DNA from: an uncultured Lachnospiraceae bacterium
GTDB taxonomy: Bacteria; Bacillota; Clostridia; Lachnospirales; Lachnospiraceae
Direction: 5' to 3'
Assembly: GCA_902780465.1 (NCBI GenBank)
Contig: CACZFV010000011.1
Span: 1-48,160, forward strand
Length of the DNA: 48,160 nucleotides
Position numbers and translations under genes: made by a program
The notes under the pieces: model-generated
The model's input: only the letters and a program-made list of their open reading frames with translations
Databases searched by the model: none
What the model was told of the DNA's origin: nothing
Shown here: piece by piece, positions 9,432 through 17,499 of the stretch
How the letters are laid out: each line of letters starts with the position of its first letter
Position numbering within the stretch: position 1 is the stretch's first letter

Positions 9432-9459
9432 ATTATAGCCTTGATTCTTTCAATGTCAA
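9432..9459 (-). promoter_or_regulatory. Consensus sigma70/A promoter of the pfkB-mtlA operon
   Basis: TTGACA-16 bp-TATAAT on the minus strand. Confidence 0.8.
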
Positions 9460-9515
9460 GCATAATTTTTCTAATTCCATCAATTTTTCGTCAAAGTCGG
9501 TCATTTCTGGTCAAG

Positions 9516-9544
9516 AGGAGACAGAGGACGGTTCTCTGTCTCCT
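9516..9544. repeat. REP-like hairpin
   Basis: AGGAGACAGAG-GACGGTT-CTCTGTCTCCT, a perfect 11-bp stem. Confidence 0.65.
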
Positions 9545-9552
9545 CAGCACAC

Positions 9553-9787
9553 TGGTCATTAATTGACTTTTTTTGAAATTGTGGACCACATATTTAGAAG
9601 CTGAAAAACAGAAAGCGCAGAGATAATAGCCATTTTCCAAAAAAACGTCTATTATCTCTGCACTTTCTGATTTGTTCCTTTTCAGGCCCGGCAGGAATCG
9701 TCCATGATCGGACAATTTCGTTTAAACCCGGTCATTTTTGAAGTCCTGCTGTGGTCCACTTTTTTCAGATTCTTCAATATTTGACCA
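9553..9787. repeat. Nested inverted-repeat (MITE-like) element
   Basis: 38-bp imperfect terminal IRs (TGGTCA...GTGGACCACA at 9553-9590 and 9750-9787) enclosing a 21-bp-arm hairpin at 9609-9669. Confidence 0.65.
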
Positions 9788-9826
9788 CTTGCCCGCCCCG
9801 CATCAGCGCTTCTTTAACCACTGATC

Positions 9827-11416
9827 TTAATCATTCGTGCGCTTCTTCAGTTCCCCGATATAATCCTTCGCGTCCTTGATGAAGCTCGCGATGATCAGAA
9901 TGATGGCGAATCCCAGCGGGAACGCCGCGATGATCGAAACTGTCTGCATGTTGTTCATACTGCTCTCGTTGAAGATGAGGGCGATGGGCAGAAGGATGAG
10001 GAGCACTGCCCAGAACAGCTTCATCTGAACGGAAGCATCCTCCGCGCCGTCCACTTCCTTATAAGAGTACTGGCAGGCCACGAGGGTGATGGAGTCGAAG
10101 GAGGAGGCGTAAAACGCCATCATGCTCAGCACGATCAGCACCAGAGCGACTTTATGGAACGGCAGGTTCCCCACGATCCCGAGGATGGTCTCGTAAAGGC
10201 TGCCCGAAGCCTCATAGAGGGCGATGGCATCAAACTTCCCGTGCATCTGGAGCCCCATTCCATAATTCCCGAGAACGATAAAGGAGATGATGGTGGAGCT
10301 CACGCCGAAGAGGTAGGAGCCCATGATGACCTGGCGCACGGTGCGGCCGCGGCTCACACTGCCCATGAAGAAGGGCGCCGCCACTGCCCACACCATCCAG
10401 TAGGCCCAGTAGAAAATGGTCCAGTTCTGCGGGAAGGAGGAAGTCCGGAGGGCGTCGGTCCAGGTGGAGAGGGCGATGAAGTTCTGCGCCACGTTCCCGA
10501 CGGCGGCGATGCCGGTCTCCACGATGTACATGGCTTCTCCGCCTGTCACGAACACGTAGAGGAGCAGTGCGCCGAACAGTGCCATACAGATGTTGGAGAG
10601 CTTCGCCACGCCCTTGATGCCGTGCATGACCGACATAGTGTAGGTCGCGCAGACCGCCAGAAGGATCGCGATGGTGACCCACTTAGTGTTCTCCACTCCC
10701 GCCAGGCTGGAAAGGATCTGGGCCAGCAGCGGTGAAGAGACGGAGAAGGTGGTGGCTGTCCCGGCGATAAGCGCGAAGACAGCGAGAATATCCACCAGCC
10801 GTCCCGGAACTCCGTCCGTGCCTTCCTTCAGGATGGGCCGGCAGGATTCGGAGAACTTCTGCTTCTTCCGGTTCCGGACGTACAGCATGAAGCCGAAGCA
10901 GGCGGAAAGCACCGCGTAGAAGCTCCAGGGGATCATGCTCCAGTGATAGATCGGATAGGCGCTGGCCCAGTCCTGCACGCTCCCCAACTCCTGGATGTGG
11001 GGTTCCTCCGCGTAGTAGATCCACTCACACAGGGAATAAAACAGAATATCCGCTGCCAGTCCGCAGGTGAACACCATGGCGCCCCAGATCCAGAAACCGA
11101 ATTCCGGCTTCTCGTCCGGTCGTCCCAGAACGATGTTTCCGATATCGGAATAAGAAAGATAGAAGGAAACGATCAGCACGCCAAGGCCCACCACCAGGTA
11201 GTAGGAACCCAGGGTATCCCCCAGGAAGAAGCGGACCGCTGCCAGCGCTGCCGTGGAGCCTTCCGGATCCATGACAAAATACACGCAGAGCATCAGGATG
11301 ATCGCCATGGGGATCACTGTGGTGGAAGGATCGATATGTTTCTTCTGCACTGCCGGTTCCTTCTGTTCCAGATGCTTCTTCTGTTCTGTCTGCTTCTTCT
11401 GTTCCGGATCTTTCAT
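9827..11416 (-). CDS. BCCT (betaine/choline/carnitine) transporter
   Basis: About 12 TM segments; WGAMVFTCGLAADILFY, YHWSMIPW, WTIFYWAYWMVWA and SRGRTVRQ; ATG 11416 overlaps the upstream TGA. Confidence 0.92.
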   Translation of the reverse strand: MKDPEQKKQTEQKKHLEQKEPAVQKKHIDPSTTVIPMAIILMLCVYFVMDPEGSTAALAAVRFFLGDTLGSYYLVVGLGVLIVSFYLSYSDIGNIVLGRPDEKPEFGFWIWGAMVFTCGLAADILFYSLCEWIYYAEEPHIQELGSVQDWASAYPIYHWSMIPWSFYAVLSACFGFMLYVRNRKKQKFSESCRPILKEGTDGVPGRLVDILAVFALIAGTATTFSVSSPLLAQILSSLAGVENTKWVTIAILLAVCATYTMSVMHGIKGVAKLSNICMALFGALLLYVFVTGGEAMYIVETGIAAVGNVAQNFIALSTWTDALRTSSFPQNWTIFYWAYWMVWAVAAPFFMGSVSRGRTVRQVIMGSYLFGVSSTIISFIVLGNYGMGLQMHGKFDAIALYEASGSLYETILGIVGNLPFHKVALVLIVLSMMAFYASSFDSITLVACQYSYKEVDGAEDASVQMKLFWAVLLILLPIALIFNESSMNNMQTVSIIAAFPLGFAIILIIASFIKDAKDYIGELKKRTND

Positions 11417-13062
11417 GATTCCGTTCCCTCTTTTCCGGATCCCGGCAGAAGTTTTCTCTCCTGCACCGCGATCCCGTAATATTTCTTTGCGCATTCATAC
11501 TGAAAGTCGGCGTACTCTCCGAATTCCACGCCCATGCGCCGCTTGTACTCACACCAGTTGCTCCACAGAAGGCCCGCCGCCGCGATATAACAGTAGATCT
11601 TCAGACGTGTCTCCCGGGAACACTCCCCGGTGCACTCCCCTGTCTGTGCTGCCTTTTCTCCCGGCACTCCAACATCCTCCGCTCCGATCCCGAAATACAG
11701 GTCGATCAGATGATCCGTGTGGTCTTTGTCGTACTCGCTGTAGCAGCAGAACATGGCGATGTCGATGTGCGGGTCCTGCATCCCGGCGTATTCCCAGTCT
11801 GTCAGCTGAAGTTTCTCCTCCCCGTCTCTCAGATAAAACAGGAAGTTGTCCGGCACCGCGTCCATGTGAGTCAGGCAGTACGGCGCCTTATGTTCCTCAA
11901 TATACTCCCGGAGGGAAAAGATCTTTCTCTTCGTCTCTTCGTAGTCCGGATACAGAGAAGGCGAACCCTCTCTCAGGTCCTCGTAATCCTGGATCTTTTC
12001 GAAGAGCCGGAACTCATGTCCCACCTCCAGCTTCAGATCGTGCAGGCGGTGCATCAGCCGCACACAGCGGACGATGTCTTCCTCCCGGTAGGGGTCGCAC
12101 ACTCTGACGCCTTCCAGGTACCTGCTCACCTTCAGCCCGTTCTTCGGATTAATATAAGGAAGATCGTCGCAGATGCCGAGGCCCGAGATAGCCCGGTACA
12201 CTTCCGCTTCCTGCTTCCGGTCGATGAAGCTGGCAGTTCCTTCTCCGGGGATCCTGAGAATATAGCGTTCTCCCCTGCAGGTAAAACAGTAAGAGCGGTT
12301 GGTCATTCCTTTGGTCATGGCGGTGACTCCGCTGATCTCCCCGGGGCCGGCGCCCAGCGCCTTCGCGACCTCGTAAAGCTCCTTCCCGTGGATGGCCCGG
12401 GCGATCTGTTCCTGCAGAAGGAACAGGCTCTTTTCTGTCCTGCCGCTGGAAAGCAGCCGCTCCACCGCGCTCCGGCATTCCGGCGCCCCGATATAGACCA
12501 GGATATCTCCCGCCCGGATCTCCGCGTAATATCCGGGAGAAAGGATGACCTTCTGTCCCCTGCGGATCGCCGCCACTGTAGCTCCCGTGCACTGCCAGAA
12601 ATGCAGATCCCCCAGCGTCATTCCGATCTTGTCCGAATCCGCCGGCACCTTCACCTCATACTGCGGCAGCGCCTTCTCTGCCGGGAGCGGTGTGGCCCGT
12701 GCCTCCAGAAGCCTGGCGCTGAGATCCATGATCTGCCGCCCCATCTCCGTGTACTGCCGGAACAGGGCCTGAAGCTGATTCTGCAGATCCGCCTGTTCTC
12801 CGCGCGCTCCCACCGTCTCCAGCCAGGCGCCCGCCTTCTCCGCCGAGAGAATAACCGTCCCGCTGCCCTCCCGGGTCCTGACGATCCCCACATCCGACAG
12901 AAGCTTCAGCGCTTTACGCACTGTCTCCGGAGAAACGTGATAGCCGGAAGAAAGCGCCGACCGGCCCGACAGCCGCTGCCCCTCCGGGAACTCCCCCGAA
13001 GCGATGCGTCCCGCCAGATCCGCTGCGATCCTCATATACTGCGGCAGTGCCTGTGTCTGCAT
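11413..13062 (-). CDS. BusR-like GntR wHTH + RCK_C (TrkA-C) regulator fused to a choline/ethanolamine kinase
   Basis: PQYMRIAADLA...VSPETVRKAL (GntR); IGMTLGDLHFWQCTGATVAAIRR...LSPG (RCK_C); KGMTNRSY, LRIPGEGT, HMDAVPDN and DWEYAG (choline kinase); AGGAGG RBS before ATG 13062. Confidence 0.88.
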   Translation of the reverse strand: MQTQALPQYMRIAADLAGRIASGEFPEGQRLSGRSALSSGYHVSPETVRKALKLLSDVGIVRTREGSGTVILSAEKAGAWLETVGARGEQADLQNQLQALFRQYTEMGRQIMDLSARLLEARATPLPAEKALPQYEVKVPADSDKIGMTLGDLHFWQCTGATVAAIRRGQKVILSPGYYAEIRAGDILVYIGAPECRSAVERLLSSGRTEKSLFLLQEQIARAIHGKELYEVAKALGAGPGEISGVTAMTKGMTNRSYCFTCRGERYILRIPGEGTASFIDRKQEAEVYRAISGLGICDDLPYINPKNGLKVSRYLEGVRVCDPYREEDIVRCVRLMHRLHDLKLEVGHEFRLFEKIQDYEDLREGSPSLYPDYEETKRKIFSLREYIEEHKAPYCLTHMDAVPDNFLFYLRDGEEKLQLTDWEYAGMQDPHIDIAMFCCYSEYDKDHTDHLIDLYFGIGAEDVGVPGEKAAQTGECTGECSRETRLKIYCYIAAAGLLWSNWCEYKRRMGVEFGEYADFQYECAKKYYGIAVQERKLLPGSGKEGTES

Positions 13063-13130
13063 GCGGTCCTCCTGAGATTCTGAAACTGATTTCGATTCCG
13101 ATACTCTTCCTGCACCCGGTACCTGGTGCT

Positions 13131-13197
13131 TGGTGCTCTTTTGGTATCTGGTGCTCTTTTGGTATCTGATGTTCTTTTGGTCCCTGGTGCTCTTCTG
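13131..13197. repeat. 18-bp tandem repeat, about 3.7 copies, in the leader of the BusR-kinase gene
   Basis: TGGTGCTCTTTTGGTATC twice, plus two variant units. Confidence 0.85.
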
Positions 13198-13210
13198 TGA
13201 TATGCACCTC

Positions 13211-13239
13211 ATTATACAACCGCCAACTTGTTATGTAAA
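13211..13239 (-). promoter_or_regulatory. Sigma70/A promoter of the BusR-kinase/BCCT operon
   Basis: TTTACA-17 bp-TATAAT on the minus strand. Confidence 0.7.
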
Positions 13240-13406
13240 GTAGATTGGCACTTTTTGTTTCATCTTATCCGTTCCCCGTAGGACTGACTTATTCCTTCCC
13301 TGCAGGACTGCACAAAATGCCCGCGGCTGTAAGAGTGCCGCGGGTGTTTCTTCTTTACATTATTTTTTCACTTTCTTCTTTAAGTATTACTGCTCAGATC
13401 ACTTCA

Positions 13407-14051
13407 TCAGGTCGTTCCTGTAGTTGTGTTTGTAGTCGTATTCTTTTTCTGCTTTGTTCCCTTCTGCCGGGTCTGTCCGTTCTCACCGTCCGCCGGCTTC
13501 TCCGGGCGCTCGGGAATGGCTGCCTTCAGAGCATCATACTCCTCCTGGGTGATCACCTTGTCCGCCAGGAGCTTGTCAAGAAATTCCTGCGACAGGAAAC
13601 CGTGACCGCGTCCGTTTCCTTTCCCTGTTCCCGCGTTTCCGGTATTCTCAGTGGTGCCGGTGGTGCTGTCCGCGCTGTCTGCCGCGGTCTTCTGCTTCTT
13701 TTCCTTCTTTTCTTTCTTTTCCTTCTTCTCCGTTCCGGATGTACTTTCCGTTCCGGATGTCTTTTCTTTCTTCTCCGGTTTTTCTGTTCCGGAGGCTTTC
13801 TCTTTCTTTTCCGGCCGGTTTTCCTTCATGTAATTACTGATCTTTTCACCGGTCTCCTTGGAGATCGTTCCGTTTTCGACCAGCTCGGAGATCCTGTCCT
13901 CCGGTCCCTTTCTCACTTTAGACTGCTCCTGGGAGGACGAAGCTTCTGCCGACTGTACCGTTCCGGCTGCCATGACAGGCATCGCGCTGAAAACTGACGT
14001 TCCCATAACAGCACTGAGTGCAAGGGCTGCGATCTGTTTGTTCACTCTCAT
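13407..14051 (-). CDS. Secreted low-complexity K/E/T-rich hypothetical protein
   Basis: Signal peptide, AGGAGGT RBS, and two related LV/LL-xxx-IS/IT-xE helices separated by a charged linker. Confidence 0.75.
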   Translation of the reverse strand: MRVNKQIAALALSAVMGTSVFSAMPVMAAGTVQSAEASSSQEQSKVRKGPEDRISELVENGTISKETGEKISNYMKENRPEKKEKASGTEKPEKKEKTSGTESTSGTEKKEKKEKKEKKQKTAADSADSTTGTTENTGNAGTGKGNGRGHGFLSQEFLDKLLADKVITQEEYDALKAAIPERPEKPADGENGQTRQKGTKQKKNTTTNTTTGTT

Positions 14052-14320
14052 GTTTTTTACCTCCTGTAATATTCTGTTCCGTGAACATCTTTTTCTGCAG
14101 ATCTTTTCATCTGCTGAAGCCAATATACTTTCCTATCCTTAAACTACTCTGAAAAGGCTGAAAAGACCGCTGCGAAGAGCTGCAGTCCCATTTTTCTTAC
14201 TTTAAGCTCTTCTTAAGCTCTGCTGTTTTGAGATCTTTGCCATGTGTCTCCGGCAGTCTGACAAAATATGTACCTCATTCGGTTTTTGATTTGCTTAATC
14301 AGCCCTCTGACAGATCAATC

Positions 14321-14612
14321 GACATATGCATTTCAAAATATTCTGGATTGCATATGTCATTTGAGCATGTCCGTAACGCTGAAATACGAATCTGCAATGA
14401 GTTTGACATATGCATTCCAGAATTTTGCTGGTTTCATATGTCGCTTGAACGCATCCGGCTTATTGAAAACCGACTTTTTCGCAAATTCCGACATATGCAT
14501 TGCCGCATTCTTTTGAATGCATATGTCACAAGAGCATGTTGGTCTCTCTGAGAACGGGCATTATCAAGAATTATGACATACGCATTTTTATATTTCAGAG
14601 ATTGCATATGTC
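14321..14612. repeat. Array of four 38-bp palindromes (GACATATGCA-N18-TGCATATGTC) at 84-85 bp period
   Basis: Units start at 14321, 14405, 14490 and 14575; loops and spacers vary. Confidence 0.85.
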
Positions 14613-14705
14613 ATCGGACCAGATATATCCCGGGCTTATCATCGGATCAGATATATTCCGGGCTGCTTACCGCATGTCTCATTAACAAACAGCACAAAAA
14701 GAACA

Positions 14706-14745
14706 GAGCCGCCGCACTAATTGCTTAGTGCGGCAGCTCCTTTTT
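14706..14745. terminator. Hairpin terminator downstream of the tRNA
   Basis: GAGCCGCCGCACTAA...TTAGTGCGGCAGCTC flanked by A and T runs. Confidence 0.65.
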
Positions 14746-14749
14746 ATCG

Positions 14750-14837
14750 CGGAGTCGGCGGGATTCGAACCCGCGTGCCAGCAAGCCGGCAACCTGATTT
14801 CGAGTCAGGCTCGTTATAGCCACTTCGATACGACTCC
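14750..14837 (-). tRNA. tRNA-Ser(CGA)
   Basis: GGAGTCG acceptor stem, CCTGA-CT-CGA-AA-TCAGG anticodon arm, long variable arm, GGTTCGAATCC T-loop, G discriminator; CCA not encoded. Confidence 0.95.
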
Positions 14838-14946
14838 ATATTTCCTGCAGCAGAGTGGATCACCTGACAGCTCTCCCCTGATGCACCACCATAGTATAGC
14901 AAATCCGCTCCGGGTCCGCAACTTAAGTTTTGCGGTCCAGGGATCC

Positions 14947-15007
14947 CCGGGACTTCTTAAATTTTGTGACGCCGGAACTTCTTAAGTTTTGCAGACCCGG
15001 AACTTCT
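14947..15007. repeat. 25-bp tandem repeat between divergent promoters
   Basis: CCGGRACTTCTTAARTTTTG units at 14947 and 14972, partial copy at 14997, related partial at 14922. Confidence 0.7.
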
Positions 15008-15045
15008 GCTATAATCAAAACTGTCAAAGGAGGTGACGTCCCGCA

Positions 15046-15660
15046 GTGTTTACATTTAAAAATGTTGTGTTCGACATGGGAAATGTCCTGGTAAACTATG
15101 ATCCGGACCTGGTGACAAGGCAGTACACGGACGATCCGGAGCTGATCCGCGAAGTGCACAATGTTCTCTTCTGTTCCCAGGAATGGCTGAAACTGGACGC
15201 TGGCCTCATTACCGAGGAGAGCGCGCTCCGATCGGTGCTGAAGCGCTTCCGCACAGAAGAGGACCGCAGTCTTGCCGCAAAGTGCTTCTGGGACTGGGAT
15301 AAATACAATATGCACCCTGCTCCCGGCATGGCGGAGATCATACAGGAGCTGAAGGCCCGCGGGAACGGCGTCTATGTTCTTTCCAACGCGAGCATCCGTC
15401 TGCCGAAGGTCTACCGGAGGGTGATGCCGGCAGCGGAACTCTACGACGGCGTCTTTTTCTCCGCAGAATACCGCTGCATCAAACCCCAGGCCATGATCTA
15501 TGAGACTTTTCTGAAGCAATTCCGCCTGAAGGCCGGGGACTGCTTCTTTATCGACGATCTGCCGGAAAACATAGAAGGCGCGAAAGCGGTCGGCATGGGC
15601 GGCTTCTGCTACACTCCCGGCCGGACAGACGAACTGCGCAGAATACTGGAGCTCCCGTAA
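15046..15660 (+). CDS. HAD-family phosphatase (YihX-like)
   Basis: VVFDMGNVL, LSN, KP and FIDD motifs; AGGAGG RBS and GTG start. Confidence 0.9.
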   Translation: MFTFKNVVFDMGNVLVNYDPDLVTRQYTDDPELIREVHNVLFCSQEWLKLDAGLITEESALRSVLKRFRTEEDRSLAAKCFWDWDKYNMHPAPGMAEIIQELKARGNGVYVLSNASIRLPKVYRRVMPAAELYDGVFFSAEYRCIKPQAMIYETFLKQFRLKAGDCFFIDDLPENIEGAKAVGMGGFCYTPGRTDELRRILELP

Positions 15661-15726
15661 CCGGGAGCTCCTTCGTTTTATTCCTGTTCTTCGTTGATTC
15701 AGCTCTGTGTAATTCCTGTTCCGCCG

Positions 15727-16920
15727 TCATCCTTTCTTTTCTTCGCCGCCGGCTCCCGGGGCATTCCCGGCTCCTGAGGTATTCCCAAAGCTATTTCCGT
15801 TCGTATTCCCCTGGGTCTCTGCTGCGTTCAGCGTTCCGCTGTCCTTCGTATCTTTTTTCCCGAATCCGAGAAAGCCCTTTTTCTTCCCGTTATTATCCGC
15901 AGCCTTTTTCTCTTCCCCGTTCTTGTTTCTGGCATGTCTTCCTGCGCGGAAAGCCGCCATGACGACGCGGATCACGATCCATGCGATCGGCAATGCAAAG
16001 ATCAGGAACGCTACTGCGCCGGCAAACCACTCAAGACCGTCGAGAATATAGTCCACAAAGTTTTCTCCGGTCTCGCGCAGGGTCCTGCTGACGCGCTCGC
16101 CGAAGGATTCCTGGGTCACCGCAGCGTCGCAGCTGATGCTGATGCGGATCTCGGTGTAGTCGATCTGCTCGTTCAGCGCTTTCATGGTGGACTTGTAGGA
16201 TTCCATGTCCGCGATCGCTTCATTCAGGCGGTCGGAGATCTCCAGCGTATCCGTGACGTTTTCCGCCGATTCCAGATACTTCTGGTAGTTCTCGATCTTC
16301 TGCTGCTGGACTTTGATACGGGCTTCCGTGTCCACATACTGGCTCGTCACGTCGCGGCTGCTGTCGTTGATGGAGGTGATCCTGTAGCCGGTCCCGCGGA
16401 TGGCCTCCAGGTATCTGTCCACATCGTCCTTCGGGATCTGGATCGTCAGGGATCCGCCGGCGTAGTTCCGGTCAAAGGACATGTCGTTGTTCACTATGAA
16501 GCCGCCGAACTGGTTCGTGATGGATGTGAGCTGCCCCACCGCGTTCTGCAGTTCCGTATCCGACGCGAGGCGGATGGACATGGAGACGTTCCGGATCAGC
16601 TTTCTGCCCTCTTTGACGTTCTTTTCCGGTGCCGACTGTGCCGGTGCCGACTGTGCAGGTGCCGGTACCGGTACGGCCCCTTTTTCTGCCGCCGCCATCG
16701 CCATGGCTCCCCCGTCGATCCCCATGGTATCATACATGACTGGTTCTTCCGGGTAGTACGCCGCTGCCGCTGCTGTCTCCGCCACCATTTCATACCGGTC
16801 CGCGGAACGCTTTGAAGAACTGCCGAACAGTCCGCCGCCGCTGCCGCAGGCAGTCAGGGAAACAGCGCAGAACGCCGCTGAAAAGAAAACTGCACAGACT
16901 TCTTTCATTCTTCTGGTCAT
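15727..16920 (-). CDS. DUF4349-like lipoprotein with a C-terminal TM segment
   Basis: LTAC lipobox, RKLIRNVSM, DVTSQYVD followed by a coiled coil; AAGGAGG RBS before ATG 16920. Confidence 0.8.
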   Translation of the reverse strand: MTRRMKEVCAVFFSAAFCAVSLTACGSGGGLFGSSSKRSADRYEMVAETAAAAAYYPEEPVMYDTMGIDGGAMAMAAAEKGAVPVPAPAQSAPAQSAPEKNVKEGRKLIRNVSMSIRLASDTELQNAVGQLTSITNQFGGFIVNNDMSFDRNYAGGSLTIQIPKDDVDRYLEAIRGTGYRITSINDSSRDVTSQYVDTEARIKVQQQKIENYQKYLESAENVTDTLEISDRLNEAIADMESYKSTMKALNEQIDYTEIRISISCDAAVTQESFGERVSRTLRETGENFVDYILDGLEWFAGAVAFLIFALPIAWIVIRVVMAAFRAGRHARNKNGEEKKAADNNGKKKGFLGFGKKDTKDSGTLNAAETQGNTNGNSFGNTSGAGNAPGAGGEEKKG

Positions 16921-17001
16921 GATTCCGAACCTCCTTAACATAACTTGTTCATCCCAATGGACAGGTTCTGTTCTTTTTCCGTCACGGACAGGAGAGATTT
17001 T

Positions 17002-17499
17002 TTACTTCGCGCCAATACCGCTGCGGATGATGTCTTCGATCTTCCCGGACTGCTCCGACATGACCAGCCACACATACTTTCCTTCTGTCCGCACGGAGGA
17101 TGCCTTCGCGACCTTGTAAGCGTCCGGGGCATAGTTGTCCATCTCGGCTTCCTTCCATTCCTTGATGTTCCGGAGCGCTTCCGACAGTTTCTCCACGGAG
17201 CCTTCTTCCTTCGCTTTCAGAATGATCACGGCGTCCGCCAGGATCGCGGAATCCGCAGTGGCGAAGACATAGCCGTCCAGACTCTCCGGATCGATGCCGT
17301 AATAGTTCACGATGTACTCATCATCCCCCAGCACCATTTCGGGAAGCTCCGCCTCCTTCAGGATCTGTTCGTACAGTTCCTCCGGGGTCTTCGGTTCTGC
17401 CGCGGGTCCCGCGCTCCCCTTTCCTCCTGCGCCGCAGCCGGCAAGGGCCAGCGCACAGAGGACGATCAGCGCCGCGATTATTCCTCTGATCCTTCTCAT
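17002..17499 (-). CDS. DUF4358-like lipoprotein
   Basis: LAGC lipobox; YYGID, ADAVIILKA, NYAPD and GKYVWLV motifs. Confidence 0.75.
   Translation of the reverse strand: MRRIRGIIAALIVLCALALAGCGAGGKGSAGPAAEPKTPEELYEQILKEAELPEMVLGDDEYIVNYYGIDPESLDGYVFATADSAILADAVIILKAKEEGSVEKLSEALRNIKEWKEAEMDNYAPDAYKVAKASSVRTEGKYVWLVMSEQSGKIEDIIRSGIGAK

Noticed and set aside
13063..13219. N-terminal extension (ATG 13212) and the PKEHQI-repeat ORF
   Set aside because: The ATGs overlap or precede the -10 box, a strong RBS precedes ATG 13062, and the peptide repeats simply reflect the 18-bp DNA repeat
14321..14612. CRISPR array
   Set aside because: Repeat interiors vary, spacers resemble each other and no cas genes are present; kept as a palindrome array
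14228..14985. Short ORFs across the palindrome array and tRNA
   Set aside because: They arise from repeats and antisense tRNA sequence; no RBS and atypical codon usage
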